This document shows, piece by piece, positions 1 to 8,202 of a DNA stretch of 64,000 nt (position 1 is its first letter; every line of letters begins with the position of its first letter). Below the pieces are notes generated by a model. That model was given only the letters and a program-made list of their open reading frames with translations, ran no database searches and was not told the DNA's origin. Source of the DNA: Bacteroidales bacterium (GTDB lineage: Bacteria; Bacteroidota; Bacteroidia; Bacteroidales; PWNQ01); NCBI GenBank assembly GCA_021738505.1, contig JAIPBW010000002.1, positions 5,231-69,230 on the forward strand, in the 5' to 3' direction. The translations under genes were made by a program, and so were the position numbers.

Positions 1-142
1 GACTGACAGTGTTTTGGTCATAGGCGATGCTATCCGTTAAACCGGCATGAGACCAATTGGTTATACGGGTCTCCGGAATCACCTGGGAAAAGCCCAATTG
101 AGGAATTATCAGCAAAAGGATGAATAAACACTTTATTCTCAT
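1..142 (-). CDS. N-terminal fragment of a secreted protein; the gene runs off the left edge
   Basis: A reverse-strand ATG at 142..140 opens MRIKCLFILLLIIPQLGFSQVIPETRITNWSHAGLTDSIAYDQNTVS, which has a signal-peptide-like N-terminus. The frame stays open to base 1. It is missing from the ORF track because it is truncated. Confidence 0.45.
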   Translation of the reverse strand, partial: MRIKCLFILLLIIPQLGFSQVIPETRITNWSHAGLTDSIAYDQNTVS

Positions 143-412
143 GCTACAAAAATAACCTATATAGGTATCTATATGCAATCTATGTGTGCAGAATTTGGAA
201 AAATGTAAGGTGAGTTCCCAAATTTGGAAACTAAAATGCGCTCAAGGAGAGCAAAATATAGTAGAAAAGAATAGATTTGTCAGGAGATTGCTCTGGTAAA
301 CAGTAATTTACTGAGTTGTGATCGTTGTGAGTACCGGATCTCTGACTGAGGTAGATTATTGAAAAAGGGGAATTTAAACGATGAAATCCGGAGAGCGTTT
401 TCAACTCTTACA

Positions 413-467
413 ATAAAAAACCCCAACAACCTCAGGCAACGTAGCGTTGCCATCTTGCTTGTTGGGG
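413..467 (-). terminator. Rho-independent terminator of the DUF349 gene
   Basis: CCCCAACAA (421-429) pairs with TTGTTGGGG (459-467) and encloses an inner GGCAACG/CGTTGCC hairpin. On the minus strand a T-run follows (A-run 415-420 on plus). It lies about 65 nt past the stop at 531. Confidence 0.65.
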
Positions 468-530
468 AAAAGTGATATTTTAATCCGGTATTCTCGTTAA
501 TGATCAGTAATCGTAAATGGCTTGTTCGAT

Positions 531-2846
531 TTACTCTTGCTCATTGTCAAGAATATCTATCTGAGCTTCTAACAGGGCTATTTCCCGCTTAGCTTTATCG
601 ATTTTTTCCTGAAACTCTTTCTTCAGGACTTCCGCATTTTTGCTGTTGGCTAAAAATCCGGTGTTGTTTTCCCATAGCTTAACGTCTTCTTTCAACTTAT
701 TGATCTTGCTGATCAAGTTGGCTCTTTCTTTTTTGAGTTTACGTTCTCCACCGGGGATTTCCTTAAGGTTTTCCACATGGGTTTTGTATTTTGCTGAATT
801 GACTTCAGTACTGGAAATACTCAGATTTTCCATGTGTTTGTTAATGATGTCCTGATAGCGTTTTTGGATCTCATCTTTCTTTTCGAAAGGTACGAATCCA
901 ATGTTCATCCATTCTCGCTGATACTCTTTAAGGATCTTCAGATTTTCATTTTTATCTTCTCCGAACTCTTGATTTTGAATGCGCTCAATGAGTTCTTCTT
1001 TTTTCTTAAGGTTTTCTTTCTCTTTTTCTTTGATGTTTTTAAAATATTCTTCTTTAGCGTTAAAGAACTTATCATTGGCCGCACGAAAACGTTTCCAAAG
1101 CTTATCCGAATGTTTGCGGGATACCGGACCGATTTTTTTCCATTCCTTTTGCAGGTTGATAAGGTCGCGTGTAGTTTTTTTCCAGTCTGTACTATCCTGC
1201 AGAGCTTCGGCTTCCAGGCAAAGATTGAGTTTCCGGTTGTAATTGTCGCGTTGCTCCTCTTTAATGGCTTTGAAAAATTCTTTTTTATTGTCAAAGAATG
1301 TATCCACGGAAGTTTTAAAGCGGTTCCAGATGGATTCGTTGTATTTTTTAGGGACAAAACCTATGGAGCGCCATAACTTCATGAGCTCTTTGACCTCGTC
1401 AGTAGCTTTATTCCATTCCTTTACGGTTTTAAATTCCTTCGTCAGGATATTTTCTATTTTTTCGCAAAGGGCAGTTTTGGCTTCCAGATTTTTTTCTTGT
1501 TGTTGTTCCAGGTTTCTGTAATGTTCTCTTCTTCTGGTATGGATTTTTTCTGTGGCACTCTTGAAGCGATTCCATACTTCTTCTTTTTTATCACCCGGCA
1601 CAGGGCCGATTTGACGATATTTATCGTGTAAAACCTGTAGTTCTTTAAACGATTTGTTGACCGAAGGTTCTAACAGTAGCTCTTCGGCTTTTTCGCAAAT
1701 GTCAATCTTCTGCTCCAGGTTTTTCTTCATATCAAGATCCCGGAGTTCTTTATTGATCTTTACCTTATCAAAGAATTTTTCGACCAGGAAATGGTAATTT
1801 TTCCAAAGCTCATTCACATTTGCTTTGGGAACCATGCCTATTTCTTTCCATTTTTCCTGTAAAGCTTTAAAATCGTCGTAAGTTTTCTTCAGTGTTTCTT
1901 CTGAGTTGATCAGTTCACGCAATTCTTCCAGAATGGCTTCTTTTTTCTTCAGGTTTTCCTGTTGAATGCGCTCCTGTTCCTTGATGTGTTCGGCACGCTT
2001 TTCTTTATAGCGGCTAAATGCTTTGTGAAAACGTTCTTCCAGTTCATCTTTGCCGGGTTTTTTCTCCTGAGCTTCGGTTTCGGATTCAGAAGCTTCTGAT
2101 GTCACGGCCGTTTCTTGTTCAGACTTCGTTTCCTCAGTGGTTTCTTGCTTTTTGTTTTCTTGTTCTTCTTTGTCAAGATCCCGTTTTTCCAGGTCTTTTG
2201 TTTTTTCTATATCTGTTTTCTTAAGATAAGCGACTTTGATCAGGGCAATTTTGCGCTTATGCTCAAGAATATCTTCTTTATTCACAATTTTTTCCAGCTC
2301 TTCAACTAACTGCTGACGCTCCATGGAGTCATAATCAGGTAACTCTGTTTCTTTAGGGCTTTCTCCTGATTCAGCATCTTTTTCATCATCCTCATCATCG
2401 TCTCCTTTTCCGGTATCCTCACCAAAGTCATAAAACTCCCGTTCGTTGTCATCATTTGAGTTTTCCTGACCTTGTCCGGTGGTTTTTTCTGAAGATTCTG
2501 TTTGCTGTTCTTTAGTTTGAGGTGTTTCCTCTTCGGAATCAGCGGAAGGTTTTTGTGATGCTTGATCTTCTATTTCTGTTTCTTCTTCTGTTGTTGTACT
2601 ATCCGCAGCGGTTTCTTTTTCTTTGTTTTGTGCTTCTGCCGGTTGAGAGTCTTCTTGCTGTTTTTGCTCCTCACTGGCGTCTTGATCTCCATGTGGTTCC
2701 TTTTCTTCCTGTTTTTCGGATGAGGTTTCCGTTTCTTCCTGCCCGGATGCTGAAACCGGGCTAACGGTGTTTTGAGCTTCTTTCTGTGGATTTGCTTCTT
2801 TGGGGAATTGCTCCTGATTTTCCTGATCTTTACTTTCTTGTGTCAT
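531..2846 (-). CDS. DUF349 domain-containing protein with a long acidic low-complexity N-terminus
   Basis: The 771-aa ORF carries repeated about 75-aa units with the DUF349 signature (ELWKNYHFLVEKFF, EVWNRFKSATEKI, SIWNRFKTSVDTFF, KLWKRFRAANDKFF). The first about 260 aa are rich in E, Q, K, T and S. Confidence 0.8.
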   Translation of the reverse strand: MTQESKDQENQEQFPKEANPQKEAQNTVSPVSASGQEETETSSEKQEEKEPHGDQDASEEQKQQEDSQPAEAQNKEKETAADSTTTEEETEIEDQASQKPSADSEEETPQTKEQQTESSEKTTGQGQENSNDDNEREFYDFGEDTGKGDDDEDDEKDAESGESPKETELPDYDSMERQQLVEELEKIVNKEDILEHKRKIALIKVAYLKKTDIEKTKDLEKRDLDKEEQENKKQETTEETKSEQETAVTSEASESETEAQEKKPGKDELEERFHKAFSRYKEKRAEHIKEQERIQQENLKKKEAILEELRELINSEETLKKTYDDFKALQEKWKEIGMVPKANVNELWKNYHFLVEKFFDKVKINKELRDLDMKKNLEQKIDICEKAEELLLEPSVNKSFKELQVLHDKYRQIGPVPGDKKEEVWNRFKSATEKIHTRRREHYRNLEQQQEKNLEAKTALCEKIENILTKEFKTVKEWNKATDEVKELMKLWRSIGFVPKKYNESIWNRFKTSVDTFFDNKKEFFKAIKEEQRDNYNRKLNLCLEAEALQDSTDWKKTTRDLINLQKEWKKIGPVSRKHSDKLWKRFRAANDKFFNAKEEYFKNIKEKEKENLKKKEELIERIQNQEFGEDKNENLKILKEYQREWMNIGFVPFEKKDEIQKRYQDIINKHMENLSISSTEVNSAKYKTHVENLKEIPGGERKLKKERANLISKINKLKEDVKLWENNTGFLANSKNAEVLKKEFQEKIDKAKREIALLEAQIDILDNEQE

Positions 2847-2937
2847 AGGATTAGCTTAACAATTTAATGTGTGGTTACTACTAAAAATAATGATTTAAGA
2901 TGTTTTGAATCTGATGATTCATTTATTGTTTTCCTTT

Positions 2938-2963
2938 AACAATAGCCTTTCCCGGCTATTGTT
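2938..2963. other. Perfect 10-bp stem hairpin in the spacer between the patatin and DUF349 genes
   Basis: AACAATAGCC (2938-2947) and GGCTATTGTT (2954-2963) flank the 6-nt loop TTTCCC. There is no clean T-run on either strand, so its function is unassigned. Confidence 0.3.
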
Positions 2964-2984
2964 GTTCGCGTTTGTTCTTGTTTT

Positions 2985-3019
2985 GTTAAAAATTTAAAAC
3001 CAGACATTTGCTTGTCTGG
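2985..3019 (-). terminator. Rho-independent terminator of the patatin-like gene
   Basis: CCAGACA (3000-3006) pairs with TGTCTGG (3013-3019). On the minus strand TTTTAAATTTTT follows. Confidence 0.55.
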
Positions 3020-3156
3020 CTTATTCGTTTATGGCAGCAAAAATAATAATCTTTTGGTTTGCACCAAACAGGAATAAAATATCTTTTAAGTACCCAAAAT
3101 ACAGTTACTACTTTCGATCGCTAACTGTTTGTACTAAAACCTGTTGTAATCGTTTC

Positions 3157-5457
3157 TTAGTGCAGCGTGTGTTCATTGAATATGATATAACCTATATTAA
3201 GGCCAAAGGCCAAAGGATTATTATGTCCCTGATAATAGTTCAGATACAAACTAATAGGGCCTAGTGGAGAGTGATACACGAGTCGTGAAGAGCCAATAAA
3301 ATAATGTTTGTCGAAATAAGGTCCCAAATAAGCCTGATTATTTTCCCCGGTAGATAATATTTCTCTGAAAGGCTGAAAAGTGTATATTTCGTTACGAAAA
3401 TTAAAATCCTCGGCAAGTTTGAAGATCCCTTTAACACCGACTCCTGCATAATTATTGGCATTAAAATTCCGGAGGAAAACGGTTTTGCTTTCAGGGACTG
3501 GCGTGTATTCATGAGCCATTAGTAAACTTGAGGTTTGATTTTCAAACAATGACCGGTTGGATAAAAATAAGTCCACATCATATCCGAAGGTAAACCAGGA
3601 TGACGATTTGAGGTAATCCTTATATTGAAAAGAAACCTGCAACCATTGGTGTAGCTTTTTTACGGTCTGTTTATTTGGCGCTATTGAACCGGGTGTATAC
3701 GTTGCTTCTCCCCGGAAATTTTTAACTTCTGCTTTTATGAATTTCCCTTTAGTAGCAAATTGTTTGCGGTTTAGTGTGTTGTATTGATAGGTAAATTCAG
3801 TGTTGTAATTCATAAATTCGGTTTTGTCTGTCGTATCCAACCGGCTGAATTGATTGGACTGGTAATATCTGTTAGTGATATTCCCTGCAGATATAGAAGC
3901 TTCCAGTTTGCTCTTGCTTGAAACAGGCGCTCCAAATGTTACCGTATTCCGGAAGTCGTTTTTTATCAGGTAGGAGGGGGTTTTATCTTCAAAAAATGTT
4001 GTTGATGTTTTGAAATAATCCCATTGGTTATAAGTTGTGCCTCCTTTGATGTAGAATGGGGATTTACCGGAGAAATCAAGCCGGCCTTTGGCACTCACTG
4101 AGGAATAAAACCTTCCAATGTAGGTGTTTAGCCGGATATTTCCTGCCTGATTGCCCAAAAACTTATATTTTAATTGTAAAAAAGCTTCATTTATCGGGGC
4201 CGAAGATACGGTTCCTCCAAATTGTACTTCGATATTTTTATCTTTTTTTACTTCCAGATCCAGATGATAATAGCCACTTTCCTCATCGTAATTTGCTTCC
4301 GGATAAATGTATTGAATATGCTCATTAGCCAGAACACGAAAATAATCCTCTTTGATCATTTTTATTCCCACAGTATCTTTGTCATGTAATAACATGCGAT
4401 TGACAAAATTGGCTTCATTGTTTTCCAGTCCTGAGATTTCTATATTATTGAATACCAGCGGAGGCGATTTCTTCTTGAAGTTTTCTCTTTTTTGGCGTAG
4501 CTCATCAGGGAAAACACTGTCTGTAAGGAAAAGTCTGATTTCATTAATTTTGCGCTCTGTGGCTACATATCCGCTGTCTATAAAGGCTTTCCGGCGGCTA
4601 AAATCTAAAATGCTGGTGTTTTTTGGCACCTGTGGTTCAATCAAAACTGAGCTTTCACAATAGACATCATACTGTGTTTGCTCCATCATAATGGTTCGGA
4701 TTTGCGACACCAGATCGGAGGGGTCGGCCGAGGAATAATTACCAGCTACATTCGAACCAATGATCATATCCGGAAAAAATTCCTCTAACATCACATCTGA
4801 AGGGAAGTTATTATACATTCCGCCATCCAGCATTATTTTTCCGTCAATGGTTATGGGTTTAAAATAAAACGGATAGGTCATCGAAGCCCGGATTGCTTTT
4901 CCCAGATTTCCTTCGGAAAGTGTTACAGCCTTATTGTTTTCAATATCTGAAGCGATACACCGAAAAGGTACAAAAAGGTTGTCGAAATCGCGCTTGCTTG
5001 CAGTTGTGGCTTCCGAGAATATTTGCATAAAAGCAAAATCCATTTGAAAGGGCTGGATTATGCTGGACGGAAATTCTGGTTTCCGAATGAGGGAATCATA
5101 TTTTAGGGCTAAAGAGATCCACGAAGAATTGGGTTCTTCTTTCATATATAAGTAAGTGTATTCTTCTTCGACTTCGCCTTTAGCCCATTGCAAAAAGTTA
5201 TCTGAATTTATCAGAGAATCGATTTCTTCCGGCGAATAACCGGAAGCATACAAACCACCGATAATAGCGCCCATGGAAGTGCCCGTAATATAATCTATGG
5301 GAACGTGGTTGTCTTCTAAAGCTTTTAAAACACCTACGTGAGCAACTCCCTTAGCACCTCCTCCACTAAGCACAACGCCAACACTTTGCCCTGAAAGATT
5401 ATTATAGGCAAAGACCATAAGAAATATGATCAGGTATAAGGATTTGTGATGTGCCAT
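3157..5457 (-). CDS. Patatin-like phospholipase fused to a C-terminal outer-membrane beta-barrel (Omp85/surface-antigen-like; type Vd autotransporter architecture)
   Basis: The ORF has a signal peptide, the oxyanion motif GGGAKG, the nucleophile elbow GTSMG and DGG. The C-terminal about 350 aa show an alternating beta-strand pattern rich in aromatic residues. Confidence 0.8.
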   Translation of the reverse strand: MAHHKSLYLIIFLMVFAYNNLSGQSVGVVLSGGGAKGVAHVGVLKALEDNHVPIDYITGTSMGAIIGGLYASGYSPEEIDSLINSDNFLQWAKGEVEEEYTYLYMKEEPNSSWISLALKYDSLIRKPEFPSSIIQPFQMDFAFMQIFSEATTASKRDFDNLFVPFRCIASDIENNKAVTLSEGNLGKAIRASMTYPFYFKPITIDGKIMLDGGMYNNFPSDVMLEEFFPDMIIGSNVAGNYSSADPSDLVSQIRTIMMEQTQYDVYCESSVLIEPQVPKNTSILDFSRRKAFIDSGYVATERKINEIRLFLTDSVFPDELRQKRENFKKKSPPLVFNNIEISGLENNEANFVNRMLLHDKDTVGIKMIKEDYFRVLANEHIQYIYPEANYDEESGYYHLDLEVKKDKNIEVQFGGTVSSAPINEAFLQLKYKFLGNQAGNIRLNTYIGRFYSSVSAKGRLDFSGKSPFYIKGGTTYNQWDYFKTSTTFFEDKTPSYLIKNDFRNTVTFGAPVSSKSKLEASISAGNITNRYYQSNQFSRLDTTDKTEFMNYNTEFTYQYNTLNRKQFATKGKFIKAEVKNFRGEATYTPGSIAPNKQTVKKLHQWLQVSFQYKDYLKSSSWFTFGYDVDLFLSNRSLFENQTSSLLMAHEYTPVPESKTVFLRNFNANNYAGVGVKGIFKLAEDFNFRNEIYTFQPFREILSTGENNQAYLGPYFDKHYFIGSSRLVYHSPLGPISLYLNYYQGHNNPLAFGLNIGYIIFNEHTLH

Positions 5458-5611
5458 TTTTTAGGAAAATGATTTCGATAAAATTATAAACAGATTGGTA
5501 AAGTAACAAATCTTTTTATGAAAATATTATATGGTACTTTATTTTTTTTGATTAACAAAATCGGATCATTAAGCAGTACGATTAATAAAAACTTACATTT
5601 GGTTATATGTT

Positions 5612-5647
5612 AAAAAAATAAGCCAGGAGGTTTGCACCTTCTGGCTT
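5612..5647 (-). terminator. Rho-independent terminator after the Met/Cys PLP-lyase gene
   Basis: AAGCCAGGAGG (5620-5630) pairs with CCTTCTGGCTT (5637-5647), an 11-bp stem with one G-U pair. The plus-strand A-run at 5612-5618 gives a U-run on the minus strand. Confidence 0.7.
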
Positions 5648-5678
5648 ATGTTAATTATTTGTCAGGAGATAATTCCTT

Positions 5679-6860
5679 TTAAATTTTATCTAATGCTTGT
5701 TTCAGGTCATTGATAATGTCTTCTTCATCTTCAATGCCCACGGCAAAACGTACCAAGCCATCACTGATTCCGGCTTTTTCTCTGTTTTCGGGTGACAATT
5801 TGGAATGCGTCATGGAGGCCGGATGTTGAATTAAGGTTTCTACTCCACCTAATGAAACTGCTAATAAAGCAATTTGCACTTCATTCATCAGGGTTTTCCC
5901 GGCGTCAAAACCGCCTTTCAGTCCAAAGCTGATCATTGTACCAAACCCGTCCATTTGTTGTTTGGCTAATTCATATTGCGGATGACTTTTTAGCCCGGGA
6001 TATTTCACCCAGTCAACTTTAGGGTGCTCTTCTAAGAAATAAGCAACGTTTTCTGCTGTTTTCTGAGCTTTATCAATTCGAATTCCTAAAGTTTTTAATC
6101 CGCGGTGTACCATATAAGCCTGATGCGGATCCATGTTGCCACCCATGTTTACGAGGGTAGTGCGGAGCAATTTATAGTGCTCTTCGGTTTTGGCTACCAG
6201 CATGCCGGCAACTACATCAGCATGACCATTGATAAATTTGGTCATGGAATGCAAAACAATATCGGCATCAAGTTCTAAAGGACGCTGCAAATGAGGGCTG
6301 CAGAATGTATTGTCAACACATACCGGGATATTATGCTCATGGGCAATAGCTGAAACCTTACGAATATCGGTGATTTCTATCGTAGGATTGGCAGGTGTTT
6401 CAGTGAAAACGAGTTTAGTGTTTTCCTTGATAGCCTGGCGTACCTGCTCAGGATCAGTGGTGTCAACAAACGAATATTCAATGCCAAACTTGGAAAAGAT
6501 ATTTTCCATAACACCTCTGGAAGGGCCATAAATAGCATTATGAGCTACCATGTGGTCTCCTTGTCCTAGAAATGCAGTATATAATGTGGTTACTGCCGAC
6601 ATGCCAGAGCTTGTGGCTATACCTCCGTAGCCGCCTTCCAGGTCGGAAACGGCATCCTCGAGGGCTCCGATTGTGGGATTACCCAGGCGGGTGTAAATAT
6701 ATCCTTCGCCTTTGCCGCTGAATAGCTCTGCGCCGTGGTCTGCATTGTGAAAGGCAAATGTTGATGTTTGATAAATCGGAACTGTGGCACTCATGTATTT
6801 GTCGTCTATAGTACCACCATGAACCATTTTGGTGTAATTACCCGTGTGTTTTTTATCCAT
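5679..6860 (-). CDS. PLP-dependent Cys/Met-metabolism enzyme, most like methionine gamma-lyase
   Basis: It has the SMTKFINGH PLP-lysine motif and a full-length match to the trans-sulfuration fold by eye. I chose the start at MDKKHT (ATG 6860); the 23-aa ORF-track extension looks non-native. Confidence 0.8.
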   Translation of the reverse strand: MDKKHTGNYTKMVHGGTIDDKYMSATVPIYQTSTFAFHNADHGAELFSGKGEGYIYTRLGNPTIGALEDAVSDLEGGYGGIATSSGMSAVTTLYTAFLGQGDHMVAHNAIYGPSRGVMENIFSKFGIEYSFVDTTDPEQVRQAIKENTKLVFTETPANPTIEITDIRKVSAIAHEHNIPVCVDNTFCSPHLQRPLELDADIVLHSMTKFINGHADVVAGMLVAKTEEHYKLLRTTLVNMGGNMDPHQAYMVHRGLKTLGIRIDKAQKTAENVAYFLEEHPKVDWVKYPGLKSHPQYELAKQQMDGFGTMISFGLKGGFDAGKTLMNEVQIALLAVSLGGVETLIQHPASMTHSKLSPENREKAGISDGLVRFAVGIEDEEDIINDLKQALDKI

Positions 6861-7068
6861 AATAATTCTGTATTTTGATGTGATTTTTTTTTGATGACAA
6901 TGTCGGGATGAATAAAACGAATTTCCCAATTATTCTATGAAAGCAACCTGAAATTGAGTTTTTTTTATTGTGAAATCCTGAGCGTTCAGGTTGTCAGTAT
7001 ATTGTAGTTAATGTATAGCTTTCATTATAAATTATGGATTGCAAATGTAGTAATTTTCATGAGATTAT

Positions 7069-7076
7069 TATCTTTG
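7069..7076 (+). promoter_or_regulatory. Bacteroidetes-type -7 box (TAnnTTTG) for yjbQ
   Basis: TATCTTTG ends 5 nt before the ATG at 7082. It lies inside the ORF-track extension that starts at 7034. Confidence 0.45.
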
Positions 7077-7081
7077 CCTTG

Positions 7082-7492
7082 ATGATTATACAGAAAGAAA
7101 TACGTTTATCTCACCATTCCTATGGTGTTCACTTAATTACAGAAGAGATAACCAGACAATTATCCCGGTTTCCGAAAGATGGGATTTTACATCTCTTTAT
7201 TAAGCATACGTCAGCAGGACTTACAATTAATGAAAATGCTGACCCATCGGTAAGACATGATTTCGAGCAATTTTTTGACTACCTTGTTCCGGAAGCCTGG
7301 TCTGGGTATACGCATACCATGGAAGGTAGCGATGATATGCCGGCTCATATCAAAAGTAGTTTGTTTGGAAGCTCGGTATCTGTTCCTATTACTGATGGAC
7401 AGCTTAATCTGGGAACCTGGCAGGGAATTTATCTGGGAGAATTCCGTAAGCGAGGAAGTCAAAGACAAGTTGTGGCAACGATCTATTCCTGA
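7082..7492 (+). CDS. yjbQ: YjbQ/UPF0047 family protein (secondary thiamine-phosphate synthase enzyme)
   Basis: MIIQKEIRLSHHSYGVHLITEEITRQL...HTSAGLTINENADPSVRHD...GTWQGIYLGEFR is typical of YjbQ. The start was moved to 7082 because of the promoter box. Confidence 0.8.
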   Translation: MIIQKEIRLSHHSYGVHLITEEITRQLSRFPKDGILHLFIKHTSAGLTINENADPSVRHDFEQFFDYLVPEAWSGYTHTMEGSDDMPAHIKSSLFGSSVSVPITDGQLNLGTWQGIYLGEFRKRGSQRQVVATIYS

Positions 7493-8082
7493 TCATACCA
7501 AAGAACTGCCGGATTGCGTCTGACAAAAGCTATGAGTTCAGGGAAAAAATCCAGGAAATCATTCTGCATTTCACTATAATGATGTTTGATATCTTCTATG
7601 GCAAATTCCATTCCCGAATCGAATGTTGTTCGACGGGATAATCCACTCAAACTTTGATGTAAACCCTCCAGTTTTATATAATTTTTGAGCCAATTTTGCA
7701 TAATCATAAAAGGCAAAAATTTTCGCGTACGTTTAGGTAAGATCAAATAGTTTTTCAGTAGCAATTCGTAGCTTCTATTGATAAAGGAGTCCATATTCAT
7801 CTCTGTGTATCGATCCCAATTATTGGCGAGAAAATGATCAAAAGTGAGATCGACGATAACGCCGGCATACATATGATATTTTGAGCGCAGGAGTTGAGTG
7901 CTGTGCCGGATTTTGGGGTGCTCATCGGTAAATGTATCGATGGTATGATGTAAATGGATCCCTTCCTGTATTTTTGGGGCATACTGATGTTTTTGGCGGC
8001 CTTTTACTGCATCAGCAATAAAATTCCCCAATATAACTTGCGGGTCTTTTCCGGATAGATAAAGGTGCGCCAATAGGTTCAT
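7483..8082 (-). CDS. acpH: Acyl carrier protein phosphodiesterase
   Basis: The N-terminus MNLLAHLYLSGKDPQVILGNFIADAVKG resembles the AcpH N-terminus as I recall it. The ATG is at 8082, and the upstream 42 aa of the ORF track span the divergent promoters. Confidence 0.75.
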   Translation of the reverse strand: MNLLAHLYLSGKDPQVILGNFIADAVKGRQKHQYAPKIQEGIHLHHTIDTFTDEHPKIRHSTQLLRSKYHMYAGVIVDLTFDHFLANNWDRYTEMNMDSFINRSYELLLKNYLILPKRTRKFLPFMIMQNWLKNYIKLEGLHQSLSGLSRRTTFDSGMEFAIEDIKHHYSEMQNDFLDFFPELIAFVRRNPAVLWYDQE

Positions 8083-8097
8083 AGCAATAATAAGGTA

Positions 8098-8105
8098 CAA
8101 AAATA
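8098..8105 (-). promoter_or_regulatory. -7 box (TAnnTTTG on the minus strand) for acpH
   Basis: CAAAAATA on plus equals TATTTTTG on minus, 16 nt upstream of the ATG at 8082. Confidence 0.45.
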
Positions 8106-8153
8106 GGAAAATATTGTTTGATTTATTGTACCAAAAGTATTCCAAAAAAATAT

Positions 8154-8161
8154 TAGCTTTG
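8154..8161 (+). promoter_or_regulatory. -7 box for the iorAB operon
   Basis: TAGCTTTG lies about 42 nt upstream of the ATG at 8203. Confidence 0.45.
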
Positions 8162-8202
8162 CGCTCTAATGATAAAAGTATAAAAAAATAAAGATAAAAG
8201 AT

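Noticed and set aside
192-230. The direct repeat AATTTGGAAA occurs twice (192-201 and 221-230), and the palindrome CCAAATTTGG lies at 218-227 in the left-hand spacer.
   Set aside because: These are AT-rich 10-mers in an AT-rich spacer with no link to a recognisable promoter or gene start. The information content is low.
6946-6992. Mutually exclusive hairpins lie in the spacer between the Met-lyase gene and yjbQ. CAACCTGAA pairs with TTCAGGTTG, and an inner CCTGA pairs with TCAGG. They could form an attenuator.
   Set aside because: The stems are short and no U-run follows either hairpin in the sense orientation of either gene. The structure is not distinguishable from chance.
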